Shown here piece after piece: positions 22,301 to 35,823 of a stretch of 64,000 nt of DNA (positions are counted from its first letter, which is position 1; the number at the start of each line of letters is the position of its first letter). The stretch is from NCBI GenBank assembly GCA_000091205.1, contig AP006494.2, one strand, 5' to 3'. The position numbers and the translations under genes are program-made. The DNA is from Cyanidioschyzon merolae. Taxonomy: Eukaryota. A model generated the notes under the pieces. It saw nothing but the letters and a program-made list of their open reading frames with translations. It was not told the DNA's origin and did no database searches.

Positions 22301-25300
22301 AGGTGTCGATGGCCGCTCGTGGTGCCAGCAGCGGAGCGGCTGCCTCGATCGGTAGTTCATCGACGACACCGGGCGCGTATGCCGACACCATCCCAAGAGA
22401 AGATGAAGTAGAAGATGGAGAATATCAAGACACGGACGTTGCGGGTTCCTCTCTCTTTCGCTTTATCCAGATACGTTGTGACGTCACAGATATGGTGCGT
22501 GTTCACGGAAGCAAACAAGAGGCTCCGGTCGTGCGACTCGAGGCTCGTGGCTTCACGCGAATGCAAATGAACCTTGCGCTAGCTCCTTCAATGCCGGCAC
22601 TTGTGCGCGTAGCCGGTTGTCTACAGGGCGCAGACCTTATTTATATGGGCAAAGATGCGAACCAGACACTTGTTCTGGGGCGTTTTCAGCCCAAGGCATC
22701 ATCCGATTCATCTTGGGATGATCGCTGGCAAGCACAGGAGCTGTGGCTGGCGAACGCGCCTCTCCCGTGCGATGATGATCCCGAGGACGCAGCGGGAACG
22801 CCACCACATCCAAATGCTCCGGAAGCTGCAGCTGCTGGGGCAAGTCGCGACTTGAAAATCCCGAATTCGCCAGCTGACCGGGACTCCACCGCTCTATGGA
22901 CTAGAGCGCGCAGTATGCCGGCTCGTGACGCCGAACCCGGTTCTGCAGCTGCTTTCGCGACGGCACCTTCGCCCTGCAGCGCGACAGATGCCGAGGCCGA
23001 ATCTGTGCATCGCCTGGAGCAGACTGACCTACACCAGGGCAATGCACCTGCAACGAGCACCGGCATGCTCACAATTGCCGCTGACTTGGAGCATCAGTTC
23101 ATGGAGACGGAGCACCTGGTACCTTCCTTGTCTTGGCGCTTTGTCCAGCAGACCGGTGCTCGGACGGCATTAGTCCATTTGGGTAAGTTGGACGGTGTCT
23201 ATCTCCACGGCTATTGGAAGCGACTCATCCCCGAAGTGGATGCTTTTCTGCAATCTTTTGTACCGGACGGGCCACCGAGCATGCCCTCGATCATTGAGGT
23301 TCGCCTCCATCGACCACTGTTGCGCTTTCCTGCAGGTCTTGCGTGCAGCGCTGACGAAGCGAATGCCCTTCATCTCCGCTGCGGTGGTACGTTGACCTTC
23401 CGCCGACGCACTTGTCCGAAAGAGACGCAAGGGAACCGAGCACCAGCTGCGACCGAGGCTACTTGTTCAGCTGGCGTCGTCGAGGTTGAGCAACCGCTTG
23501 TGCACTCGTCGTCGTCGTCGTCGTCGTCTATGTTGGTCGACACTGTACAACAGCCGCTAGCGCAGCAGGAGCCGAATCAACGCGGCGCTGACGCGGGCGC
23601 TTTGGTAGCATCCGACAATATCGACAACGACGACGACAACGACGATGACAGCGTTCCGTGGCACCTGGAGTCCTTCACGGACCTGGAACTGGTCACCGTG
23701 CACCTGGGCGGAGACCTGCACCAGATCGGATCGGTGGAGCACTGCCGGCTGTGGATCACGGAAGACGAGGACACGGGCTGTTCGCGCTTCGCACTCCAGT
23801 GCACAGGCGATGTGGAAACTTGTATCTGCGAAGCAGACTATGGCCCGTTTTGGTACATCGTCTGGAATAACCTGAACAGCGACGTTCCCTGTCAGGAATG
23901 GGGCATGCGGAATCCAGCAGGAGCGGGTTTTGTTCCATCAGGCACAGCCGAACGCGGTGAGCCCTCATTATCGTCGTCGCCTGCGTCGCAGCTACCGCAT
24001 TCCACAACATCGAATGGCAACGCATTTGAGAGCACCTGGACAAACGCCGCCGAGCTTCTCGATCCGTTGCTGTATCGTTTGGAGGTTTTCCTCCCTTGTT
24101 GGCAGGGATTCTGCAGTCACGGCGATAACCCGAGTGACGAATCGACGCGTCTGGTGTGGTTCCAGCTGAATGAGGTGCACCTCAGTGCCGATCTGTGGGG
24201 CTCTGGCGCCTATGCGACGTTTTTCTCCGCAACGTCGCTACGCATCGAAGACGCGCGATCTTTGATGAAGGCTGTTTCCCCGTTGTGGCCTTTGGTACGT
24301 GATGCACCCGGTTTGATCGAAGCATCCAGAACGAGCGACAAGCACCGCCAGAGCGCCAGGCAGAGTTCGCTATCCCCGGTACCCGACATGAGCGAGGAGG
24401 CGCGTGCGCGCTGTTCGCGACTGCTCCTGCGCTATCGACGCCAGGCACCAGACCAGAGGGGTGACCAGCTCACACATATCGCCATGGATCTACGATACCT
24501 CGAGATGCTACCGGTTGCGCAGGTATTGCGATCGCTTTCGTTCCTGGCGACACCCTTCGGGAAATTCGAAGCGATGAGCAGCCCAGTGCCGACACTTGCG
24601 TCTTGTCGTCGGCGAGTCGAACGAACCCAGGCCGTCGTCACCTGTTCGGACTGTAGCGTCGTGTTTCCGGCAACACTGGCGGCACTTACCAGTCAAGAAC
24701 AGGATGTCATGGAAGCACAAGGTGATGTGATGTTGACCTGCACCTGGCAAACGAATCCCTCGCAGTTTCATTACGAAATGTTTCTGGATCACTTTCGACT
24801 CTGCATGAAGCGATACGACCCGTGTCAAAGCCGAATTCCGCCACACGACAACCGCCTCGTCTCTGGTGTCCGCACGACATCGACTCCAGGCGCTTCAGAC
24901 TCGGAGACGAACGCGGACGGTTGCGTGCTGCAGGCTGCTACACTCACCAGTACCAGTGCCAACAGCAATACAAGTGCAGTGCCGGACGCTGTCGGTGCCG
25001 AAACTGGTACTGGTGTTGGTGGCGGAACGCTTGCGCCCTCAGTGGAGCTCGTCTACCCGTGCGCCATTCGGATGATGTACATCGATACGGGTGATCCGGA
25101 AATTCCACCCCAGTTCGACCTCTCGGCGGCGATGTTGCTGATGCGCTTCAGTCAACAGGATCTCGTGCTGATTGCCCAGATTGTGGAGGCATATCGCCAG
25201 CACCCGCACGAGGTTACCGACTGGGAACGCCTTCTCTGGCACGATGAAGCGGCCGGGGCTGCAGGGGCGCGCCCTCCGAGAACAGGGAGCGCTCACGCTG

Positions 25301-28300
25301 CTGTCGAGCCAGGGGCTATCGAGCATGCGACGCCACTTCAAACTCGACTCGCGTCTAGTATGTCGCATACGGAGGGCCGGGTATTGTCGGCACTAGCGCT
25401 GGAGTCGACACCAGGTCCTGCGGTTGGAAATGAGGCCGCATCGCAGCCGCTGACTGCGCTGAATGTTGCTGCTTCTGGCACTGGCCGGCATCCAGGGCGC
25501 AACGACGACGACGACGACGACGACGACGAACATGGATCGACACCTGGTACGAGCAGGCGATCCACAGAAGCAACCGAGAATCCCTCCAAGGTGCCAGCTT
25601 CGACGTTGCCAGAGGCGACGAATCTCGAAACGGCATCTGCATGGCATCGCTGGGTCAGTGGACGGACGCGTTCATTGCCTACCATATCCCCAGAGGTGAT
25701 CGAGGCCGCACTGCGTTCCGCCGAAGCACCCAGCGGCACGGATGCTGCTAGCACCTTGCAAGCGACTTGGCGACGTCGTGCTGGACGCATGCACCGACGA
25801 CTGGAGACGATAAGCGGCGCGATGCCTGCAGCAGCAGCAACAGCAACAACAACAACAACAACAACGACCACCACTGGTGCGACTTCAGCAATACACCCTG
25901 AATCGGCTACCAAGCATACAAGCAACACCACTGACAAGTCTTCGTCGACGACGAAGACAAAGACGCGGATCGAGGCCCGCTCGTCTGCCGAACGGCTTGG
26001 CGAGGCAGCGCAGGCGTCGAGCACGCCTCGTGCCGCTGCTGGTGCTACTTCATCATCAACATCAGCACCAGCAACCAGAGTGCGTTCGCTGCGGATTACC
26101 ATTCAGGTTGATACCCTGGTTTGTATGCTGCTACACGAGGACGCTTGGAGCCAGCCACCGAGTGCATCGATGAGGCCCGGGGGCCGCTCCTGGTATCAGG
26201 CAGTGATAGCGAATGAGGTCAACGCAAGCGAGTCGCCTATGGTCAGCTACCTACCCACGGTCGTGCTCTATGGCGCATTCTCGGTACAGAGTCGGGAGCC
26301 GGCAGTTAGCGATGCACAAGGCGCTCTCTGTATCGATATCTTCAATGACTATTTGGGAGCGTGGGAGCCTCTCGTGGAACACTGTGCTGGCTGTCTGCAA
26401 TGGAATGAGCAGGAGCTGCCGCTCACCGGGGAAGTGTCAGAGCTCGGCGCTGCAGTGCGCTCGACAGGTGCCAGCGCGGACACCGGCACTGCTGCACCAA
26501 GTGCCGGTCTGCGTCCTCGACATCGACTATGGCATCTGGTTGTCGCTGACGCCCTCGAGATGAATATCAGTGAGGCCTTTCTACCGGCGCTCGATAGACT
26601 GGCAAAGGCAGTGGAACAGATCGTACACGACTGGCGTGCATTGGCGACGCAACCGAAAGCAGGTCCCGAGACGCCAACCAGCACGGTGCACTCGCCATCG
26701 ATGGCACTGCTACCAGTATCCGAAGCAGCGCTGGTGACAAGGTGCGTATCCAGCGAGATGGATCATCAGGAAGCACCTGAAGACGTTGGAATAGCAGCAG
26801 CAGCAGCAACAACAACAACAACGTCAGCAGCAGCGCCAAGGAAAATCGATGTACAGGAAGCCGGTGAATACGCTGCAGCATCCGGAAGAAACAAAACATC
26901 ACGCGACAACGGCGATGCCCCTGACAGAACGGAAGCGGCTGCCGAATCCTCATCTCACAGCGTCTGGCTGCCGGAGACCAGGCAGCAGCCGAATGCCGGA
27001 CCTGGTGTGCGTCGTCACCCGCGTCCAACGTTGGCAGCCCTGGTGATTCACAACTGTACCGGTCTACCTTTGCTGATAGAATCGAAAGCGTTGCGAACAC
27101 GTAAGCTTGCACTGAGCTCTATGGCTGTCGAGGTGCGGCTCACCGATCTCTACACGGATACGAATCTCGAGTCGTCGGAGCACTTCCAGGCCTGGCGCTC
27201 GCATTTGACAAAAATGCTCGATACATTGCGCGCTTCCGCAGCAAAGAACGTTTTGTTTCCCGGCAGCGCCAGCTCTGACGAACTAGCAAAGAGCACCGCT
27301 TCGGGCGACGGAGCACGCGCAACACGAAAGCGTTCCCCCGACATGCGCGTGAACCGGAACGCCGCTCCCGAGCCGATGGGCACTGGCCTATTTCGACCGC
27401 TTGCTGCGGGTCTTGCGGATTGTGTACTGCGGATCGCTGGCTTTCATCCGGTTCGCGTGAACACTTGTCATTTCGGCACACAGACCTACACGCTGGAACC
27501 GGACACGAGTGCATCGGGCCTCGAGTTGACCGCTGCCTCCGCAGAGTGCTTGCGCTCATGTACCCTGATATGGGAACTTGGTGTCCTGAATGGAGCCATC
27601 ACGGGGGTGGCACGTTCCCTGCTTCGTTTCACGAACCAGCTTCAGGTCCCGCTACAGATTCGCTACGAAATGGCCACGCCAGCGGCAGCGCTTATCGATT
27701 GGTCGCGGAGCCTGCATCCGGGAGCAGTTGCGGATAGTCCACGGGTGGCGCTTTTGGCACCCGGCGAGTCGTGGTCACCACCGCTGCTGGCGCGCCTGGA
27801 TCGGCTGCAGGTGCGGCCCTGGTGTCGCCGGTGGTGCTTGCCGGTACCCGCGACGCAGTCGAGCGCTTCCCAGGGGGCAGCTGACGACCCCAGAATCGAG
27901 ACCAGTGGCCACCTGTCAGCTGATCAGTCGCTCGATACCTCCATCACAAGTTCCTTTGGTGACTCGGAAGCGACCTGGTCGGCACCGTTGCCAGACGTGA
28001 GCACGCTCCGGATGCTGGTTGCCGAGTCCTACCAGCGACGCAAGCGCATGCGTACCGTCGGTGCCGCTGCCTCAGCTTCGACCGCTGGAGGTGCGGCGGA
28101 AGTGCTCATGGCGCAGCAACGCTCGAGTTTGTTGACGTTACAGGGCGCGCGGCTCGGTTCACTGCCGTTTCATGTGGACTTGATTCCCCGTATCAGCTCG
28201 TATGCACGCTTCTCGCCAATGCAGCACGACTGGGTGGATTTGTGCTTTCGAGCGCCGCTGGTGCTTGCCAATCTGTTGCCAATAGCGGTCGTGATTCGGC

Positions 28301-30628
28301 TGCATCGTGCTGGAAGCAGTACACCACTGTGGACGAGCGGGATACTCGCGGCCGGTCAGTCCGCTGCCGTCCATATAACCCGTAGTCTGAACGGACTATT
28401 TTTCTCGGTAGCTCTGGTGCATCTCATCAACACGAATAGTGCCTTGGCATCTGATTTGGCCGTACAGCGGAATGCGCCCATTTCCCGAGAATGCGACGAC
28501 GCTCCGGACGAGACAGCGGACTCACGCTATTCCACGGACTCGGAGCGAGTCGACGCTGAATGCATCTGGTCGGAGCCTATACGTTTGCCACCGAAATGGC
28601 CCTGCGAGGGCTCTTTTCTCTGCCCGCGCGTGTTCGACTGGACCATGCTAACGTTCGAGGGTACCTGGGAGACACCAGCTCTGGATCCGCATGCGGTTAC
28701 GGTGCCGGTGGCGAGCCAGCGCCTCCAGCTCTCCGCGAGCTGCTGGTTACAAAATCGCTCTGACTGTGCGCTCTGCATTGATCCGGGGTTTGTCGGGGAT
28801 CGTCTGCCCACTAGAGGTCTCACTCAGCGGCGAAAAGCAAGCGCCCTGCGTCAGCACGCCCGGGAGCGCAGTTCTGGCGCCGACTCGATCATGTCCGCCA
28901 AGGCGAGCATCGACAGCGAATCCACAGCGGCAGCGTGCGCCCCGGACGAGCGCTTCATCCTCCTCAATGCCTGGATCGAAGGCCAGGTGCCGGAGCCGTA
29001 TCTTCCGCTCGCTGTGCAGAGCTTTCGTCTTGCCGTCATTGAGCAGCAGCTGGGAACTTGGTCAGATCCGATCTTCGTTCGAGACCTGGATCAGGTACAG
29101 GTGCTGAACCTGCCGGAACGAGTTCTCGTCCTGAGTAGCCGCCCGGTGAGTGATCCTTTTGGGAACAGCCTTGTTCTGAGCATTCATAATGTGGCGCGGA
29201 TTGTGAATCGCACGCCACTTCCCTTTGAATACGTCCAGACGCTGCAGCATTTGCACGTAGAGACGCTTCTGGAAGGTCGCCCGTCCGCCACCGTTGGCCA
29301 GGTACACTCGCTAGATCCTGGTGCAAGTGCCGCACTACACTGGGAACTGGCGGATATGGAGCGGCATGGCGTATTACGCATCCGACCCGCTGGCGATGCG
29401 CTGCCTGCAGTGGCGAAGGCTGGCACGCGAGTCAGCGCTGGTGACGCAGCTGGCGGCCTGCTCCAGCGGACAAGCGCGCGCGTGAAGGCGCACACGCCGA
29501 GCGCATCTGCCGCTGCCGACGCAGCAACCTGTTCACAGCAGCAGCAGCAGCAGCAGCGTCGACGTCGCCATTCTCCAGCAGCAGCGCGCGTCCCTGAGGA
29601 TGCCGACTCGCCAGCAGCGGCATCTGGACGAGCACCCTCGCCGTGGCTATGGAGCTGCGGGATTCCCATCGGCATGACAGGGCATTACGCACTGAAACTG
29701 TACCGTCCCGATACGCTGCACCAGTACATCGCGAAGCTGAGTTTGCAACCCAGTCCTGACGGTGTTTGGATGGTGATTTTGGATCCCGAGGATCCCGAGC
29801 ACCCGCCGATGCGTCTCCAGAATATCTGCACCCGCTACGCTGTTGCATACCGTCAACTGGACGCGAGTCGGCGCTTTTGGCTGCTGCGTCCTGGTTACGC
29901 AGCACGCTACGCCTGGGATAATCCCTTCACGTTTCCCAAGTCCCGTCGACTATTACTGGAAGTCGAAGAGACGCGATTCGCCTTGGCTCTAGATGGACTC
30001 GGGGAATGCGTCGCTGTCCTACCCCTTGGGCCGCACTGTCCGTCGTTGCAGGTTGCCATATCCTTGGATGGTCCGACCAAGGTCATTACACTGTACGATG
30101 ATCGCGAGATTTTTCATCTCTTTCGTCAAGGTATCGTAGCGGATGCACTTTTGGTAGCACGCGCAGCGGCCCAAGCGACTGGACGTGCACAAGCGGCAAC
30201 AGCGCCGGTACCGGTCGCGCTGTCGCACCGCCGCCCTTGGCTGATGCGGCAACAGAGGCGCAGCTCTTTGCGTTGGTTTCGCCGCTACGGCTTTGTGCGA
30301 CCCAGTTGGCCCGAAGAGAATGAGGTTGACTCAGATGCCTTCCAGCACTTGGATTTCTTCTTTGAGCTTGAGCGGATCGGGGTGTCGTTTCTGACCATGG
30401 AACCGGCCGAATTAGCGTATTTGACCTGTCATCGCTTACGTGGCGGCTATACTACGGATTACAAAGGATGTGCGCTGGAAGTCGGCATCGAACGCATCGA
30501 ATTGGATGATCAGCGCAGCAGCTGTGTACATCCCAAGGTTTTGCGTGTGCAGCCACAGCGCCTGAGACCCTCACATGCCGCTGAATCGACAACCAGCGCG
30601 AAGGACGATAGCGCAGCGGCATCAACGA

Positions 30629-30674
<46 letters not shown>

Positions 30675-31241
30675 GACAAGAACTGCAGTGCCTAGGGAAC
30701 CAGCAGACGCGCGTCCATCGCTCTCGCGTGGCCGCGTGTCTGCTGCAGAGGAAGCTCTCTACCCAGCGCTCTATCTATCCTTCGAGCTTGGAGCGCCCTA
30801 CAGCGGCGACGTATGGAATGTTCGCTTCGGTTATGTGGCGCTTCAGACCATCGAATTATGCCTCGAGGAGGGTTTCATTCGTGCAGCCTGGCCCTTTCTC
30901 CAGTTGCTTGTCGCCAATGACGTCGACGAGCCCGAGCACGCTGTCACTAGAGACATCTCGACGGTGCCGCCAGCGTCCGCATCCGAGCCCGGCCGTCAGA
31001 TCTATTTCGAATACCTGTTGGTGAACCCGCTGACGCTGCGTGTGAGCTTCTTCATCAGCCCTATCGCATCGCAATCTGCTGAACAAGACGTCCCTCCATA
31101 TGCACGCTCCGTGCCGAGTGTGCAGTTGACGCCCTTGAACGAAATCCATGGATCACGCTTCCGCGCCGGTAACGCAACGACAGGCGCTGGGCTGGAATTC
31201 GATACCCCTGACGCAAACTCTCCAAGCACGAGAGACGCAAC

Positions 31242-31292
<51 letters not shown>

Positions 31293-34200
31293 CGCACAAC
31301 CGGCCCCGTCACATCCGGCGAGCGATGGTGCATTGGTACTGGCACCTGAGCGAAGCTCCGTAGAGACGGCTCCTGCTGGAAACCGACAGGCGTCGCCAGA
31401 GCGTTCCAGACAGCACAGTCGTGCACTCGACCGAGGACGGGACGCCAGTGACACGTTTTCGGCATCTGCCTCGGCAGCGGTGCAGCACTCGCTGAGTCGT
31501 CGAATTGGCTCTGGAACAGGTGCGCTCGCTGGGGGCCATGTCTTGCACACAGGCTCGGAGCAGAGCGTTCGCCTGGGTGGCGGCGGAAATCGTAGCGTTC
31601 GCGGGTACCGCACCATTCTACGTCCATTACTTGCAGCACTGGGAACCGTCGAAGATGCATCGCTCAGTGCGCGTGCGCTCCTCCTGGAACATTATCTGGA
31701 TTCGGTGGGTCACTGGCTAGAGTTCATCCAGGAATTCTATCTGCTGCAGTTCAGGGCGTCGCAATTGCAACTGCTAGCATCCAGTGATCTGCTGGGCAAT
31801 CCGACGCGTTTGCTTGATTCGGTAGCAGAGGGAGTTAGCGAGATCTTCGAGACACCGCGCCAAGCAACCTCCAGTTACGACCTGTTGCTGCGCCTCAGTC
31901 GCGCGAACATGGGCCTCTTCACCAACTCGGTGCGGGGTCTCTTTCGGACTGTGTCGGCGGTCTCTGCGTCGTTGTCACGCGGCCTCACTGCCATGACCGG
32001 TGACTCGCAATATATTCAGAAACGCGAGGAACGCCGACGGGATGCGCCGAGTTCTGTAGCCGGTGGTCTGCGCAAAGGACTCGTCTCTTTCGGCTATGAA
32101 ATGCGAACCGCGGTAACCGGGCTGGTACGCGAGCCGTACCGTGGCGCACAGGCGGGCTCGGTTTCGCGAGGCATTCGCCGCGCTCTCGTGCAGGCAGTAA
32201 TCCGCCCTGCGAATGGTTTCCTGGACCTCATCATGCATCCAGCAGCGAGCCTTGGTGCTCGTCCACATTACCAGCGTCTGCCGGCCGGGAGACGGGTCCG
32301 GCCGCCGCGCTGCTTTGGACCTGGCCTTCGACTTGTGCCCTACTGCTTCGAGGATGCACAAGGCAACGATCTATTGTGGCGTCTGTTGGTGCGCAAAGCG
32401 ACCTCATCGGCGAGCGACCCGTACCCGAACCTCGAGTTCTACGTGGGTATGGTCCGCGTAAGCGCGTCAGCGATCTACGAAGCAGCACCTCCGCAGAGCT
32501 CGACTGCAGCAGCCACTCGCGCCTTTGCACTGGAGCGGCTCCCATTGGGGCCGCGTTACGGTGTGGTGCTCGTATCCACCGAGTCCATTTACGGTCTCGT
32601 GGTTCATTCCGAGCGTCCGAGCAAATTTCAGTCCATCTGGCAGGTTCCCTGGTCGGAAGTGGTGCAGGTTGTCGAGAGCCTGCCCGCGAGTCCCGCCGTG
32701 GTCAAGGTACTTCATTCAGCAGCACCATCATACCATCGTTTTTGGCAGCGCATTCGCAATCGTTATGCGATGGAGCGGGTTCAGCGGCTCAGCGAAGAGC
32801 TCGAAAAACGCCAGGAACGCGTCAAAGCTACAAAAGCTGCCGCGACGCCAGCCACTCCACGGACAGCGGCTCTGGCGCGCAGTCAGCGCAGTGCAGCGGT
32901 GCAGCAACTGCGCATCGAGTGCGCGTCCATTGCTCAGCGGGATGAATTGCTTCAGATGTTGCGGCAAGTGTTCTGTACGGTTGCCCGTGGCCGACTGTTG
33001 ACGAGTCAGGCGTCAATGGCGCCACCGTCGCCCGGTTGCACGTTCCGTCTGGACGCTGCCGGAAAGCGCGAAACCGAATCGCGTCCTTCTACGGACGCTC
33101 TATCGATAGCAACCGTAGCTGATCAGCATGAACGGAGCACGCTCTACTCCAGCGGATCGGCAAAGCCTCGTGCCGCGAATACGAATGTATCCAATTTTAA
33201 GAGCGGGCTGCCGCCGGTGGCCAGTACATCGGCACCGCCACTGGTGCGCTCAGGCCGGGTAGAGTCAGAGCCAGATGCACCGGAACCGGGCTCGATTTCT
33301 GCCGGCATTGCCGACGTTATGAGCTCGGAAAACGCCCACGGACTGTCCGCGAGCAGTGGCAGGTCGGATGGTGAGAGCCTCAGTCCAGTGGTGCGCGTGT
33401 CAGCGTGCGCTACTGCTTCCGTTGCGGGGCCAGAGCGGGGCGTTGCAGCCGAATGCTCCGCACAGCCGCCAATTGAGACACCAACCTGGTACGCGCTGGA
33501 CAGCTCCCAGCCGCCGCTTCCATTAGCGGAATCGACTGGCGGGACGGGGGTCGCTTCTGGTGTTGTTGGAGTCCCCGTCGCGAACACAATGGGATGCGTG
33601 ATTGAGAACCGGTCCGACACAACCTTTGTTCTGGTTTGGCAGTATCTTGATGGAGGATTCTTCCTGCAGGAAGCGCCGCCAACGATCTATGCGCAATCAC
33701 GAGCGAAATTTGTGATCTACCGCGCGGCACAACCGCCCAAAAGACGGTCACCGTTGCGGCGGCAGCGGCAACGTCAGCTGGAGCAACATCTGCCAGCAAC
33801 GTCGTTCGAGTCCGCTGCCATTGCCACTGGAGCGTTCGCAGCGCCCGGTGCAGTGCGCGGTTCCAGCGACGTAGCGCCGGACATGCCTCGAAGCTCAGAT
33901 ACGGCGCTCGTTCCTGAGCAGCATTTGCGTGCTCGTCAGGTGCAGCGGCAGCGGCGTCGCGACCAGCTGGGCCTGCGAAAGCTCTCTGGCATTATCCTGT
34001 ACGCATTGGCAGATCCCGATGACCAGCAAGCGATCTACGATGAGCGTCGCTGGATAACGCTCGAGTTTGGCGTTTCGCGTCGTGCGGTGCCGCGCGCGCA
34101 TGTGCGCTGTCCACCGCCCATGGTCTCGACGCTGCTATTCCAGCGAGCGGCGAGTGCGCTGCAAATGCTGTGCGTGCTTGAGGCAATGGAGACGCCAACG

Positions 34201-35013
34201 AAAACGGATCGCTCGACAGCGTCATTGCCGACGTCAGGGGCGCTGAGCTCATCAGCTGCTGACGCCGCAGGACGTGCTTCAACGAGCTCGGAACGGAGTC
34301 TCCGTTGGCGAAAACGCAGCCCTGCGGCTCGGAGAGAGAGGCTGCAAAATGCCCGAATAGTTGCATCGGAGGCGGCGGTTCAGAGCCATCACGACGCTGC
34401 TTCAGTCTTGTCGTCGACTTCGTCTGATTCCGACGACATTGATGTGGAGAGGAGTGTCCTCGAGAGCTATGAACCCAGCACGATTATGGGGCCGCCCGAG
34501 TCGCACAGCATGGCCACTCGAGTGGCCGCGTCTGACGACCCGGTGTTGCCCGCGCCTGCAAGTCGCGAGCCCGAGGCGTCAAGGCCGCGTTCGCGCAGCC
34601 ACTCGCGCCCCGGAGAGCGCCTCCGATCATGGCTGAGACGGCGCGGCGCTGCTGGAGCCTCAGCCACTGTCCCTAGCCGGTTGGATAAGCTCGCAAATAC
34701 CCAATCGGCTCGTGAGGGGACTGCGACCGCCGGCCTTTCGCTGACGGCGTCACAGGCGTTGACCACAGCAGCATCCCCGGACTGCACGGCACTGAATTAC
34801 GAAAAGGGTGTCGGCGAGCGTGAGCCAGACCTCCAGCGACAGTGTGACCGCGCACTACAAGCGACAGCAGCTGTAGAAGAAACAGAAGCAGATGAAGCAA
34901 ACGCGCGGGCTCCGGAGGGTTGCACCATCCGCGTTGCTGCCGAGGTTCACAGTGACTCTGAGGACGGCTATTTAGACGCACCACTGGCACTCGAAGATGC
35001 CGACCCCATGTAA
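16951..35013 (+). CDS. VPS13: VPS13-family bridge-like lipid-transfer protein, 6021 aa, single exon
   Basis: The N-terminus is a clear Chorein-N domain (MLAHFVAELLSGTLGQYVKIDERQISVGIWSGQLELHELQLVPEAV...VEVPWKTLSWSQPLRIQIEDVCVQLAALPP). The ORF is continuous. The track start at 16948 is TTG; ATG at 16951. It is interrupted by many in-frame low-complexity runs (polyA, polyQ, polyT, polyD, polyS). Confidence 0.85.
31243..31290 (+). repeat. (CAG)16 encoding polyQ inside VPS13; representative of several in-frame trinucleotide microsatellites
   Basis: Others in the same CDS: (GCC)n 19281-19316 (polyA), (TCG)n 20477-20497 and 23506-23528 (polyS), (CAG)n 22117-22143, 29534-29557 and 30632-30673, (GAC)n 25504-25529 (polyD), (GCA/ACA)n 25831-25870 and 26790-26823. 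All preserve the reading frame. Confidence 0.9.
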
Positions 35014-35143
35014 GGAATCCTGTATATGTTCGATAAACGCATCACTGGTGTGAATTTTTTTCATTGGCGATTGCGAATGACATGAAAAACAGGAAAGCTG
35101 TTTACCAAGTAACAAGCTCGGACGCTGATATTATTGCGTAGAG

Positions 35144-35345
35144 ACACGCATGCAATGATGCTGTGCTGTCCCGAATGCATGCAGCTACACGCATGCAATG
35201 ATGCTGTGCTGTCCCGAATGCATGCAGCTACACGCATGTGATGATGCTGTGCTGTCCCGAATGCATGCAGCAACACGCATGTGATGATGCTGTGCTGTCC
35301 CGAATGCATGCAGCAACACGCATGCAATGATGCTGTGCTGTCTCT
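35144..35345. repeat. 43-bp minisatellite, ~4.7 copies, unit acacgcatgcaatgatgctgtgctgtcccgaatgcatgcagct
   Basis: Perfect or near-perfect tandem copies start at 35144, 35187, 35230, 35273 and 35316. Units contain the palindromes gcatgc and atgcat. It lies between the convergent VPS13 stop (35013) and the GT31 stop (35824). Confidence 0.9.
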
Positions 35346-35823
35346 CGATCCATTGTTGCCTTAAACTGAACGTGCACGTGCAGACGAAATGACGCTGAAG
35401 TGGCGGGGCTCGGCACGGGATGTTCGCTACCGCTGCCGTTGCCACTGTTGCTGGGCTTGGAGCCTCTCCCCGGAGGCATGCCGAATAGCATCGCTGACAT
35501 GAACAGCGCCGTCCTTCGATTTCGGGTCGTGCATCGTGATGTCGATGGGTCCCACTTCATTGTTCTCGATGCCACACTCGATCACATGGCGGACGCCCAC
35601 CGCACCAAAAGCCGGTATAAAATCATCTTCTGGAATCATCAGCTCATGAATTGAGTGCGGCAGACAAGAGCATCGATCCGCAGCGTCGAAGACATCGAAC
35701 GGCTATGCAGACCCAATCGTCGACGGCCTCGTTGCCCGCCTTGTAGTCGCCAGCGCATGCTTTCCGCGAATCATGCAGCAACGATGCTCGGCAACCATCA
35801 TGACAACAGCAGAGCAAGCAAGC

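Noticed and set aside
16978-35013. Dozens of 60-200-aa ORFs on the minus strand and in alternative frames inside the VPS13 CDS, and likewise inside eIF5B, DDX6 and the SET gene
   Set aside because: These are typical antisense or alternate-frame open frames of GC-rich, stop-poor coding DNA. None shows recognisable domains, and they are overlapped entirely by strongly supported genes.
35144-35345. Possible CRISPR array
   Set aside because: The repeats are directly tandem with no unique spacers between them, and the context is eukaryotic. It is a minisatellite.
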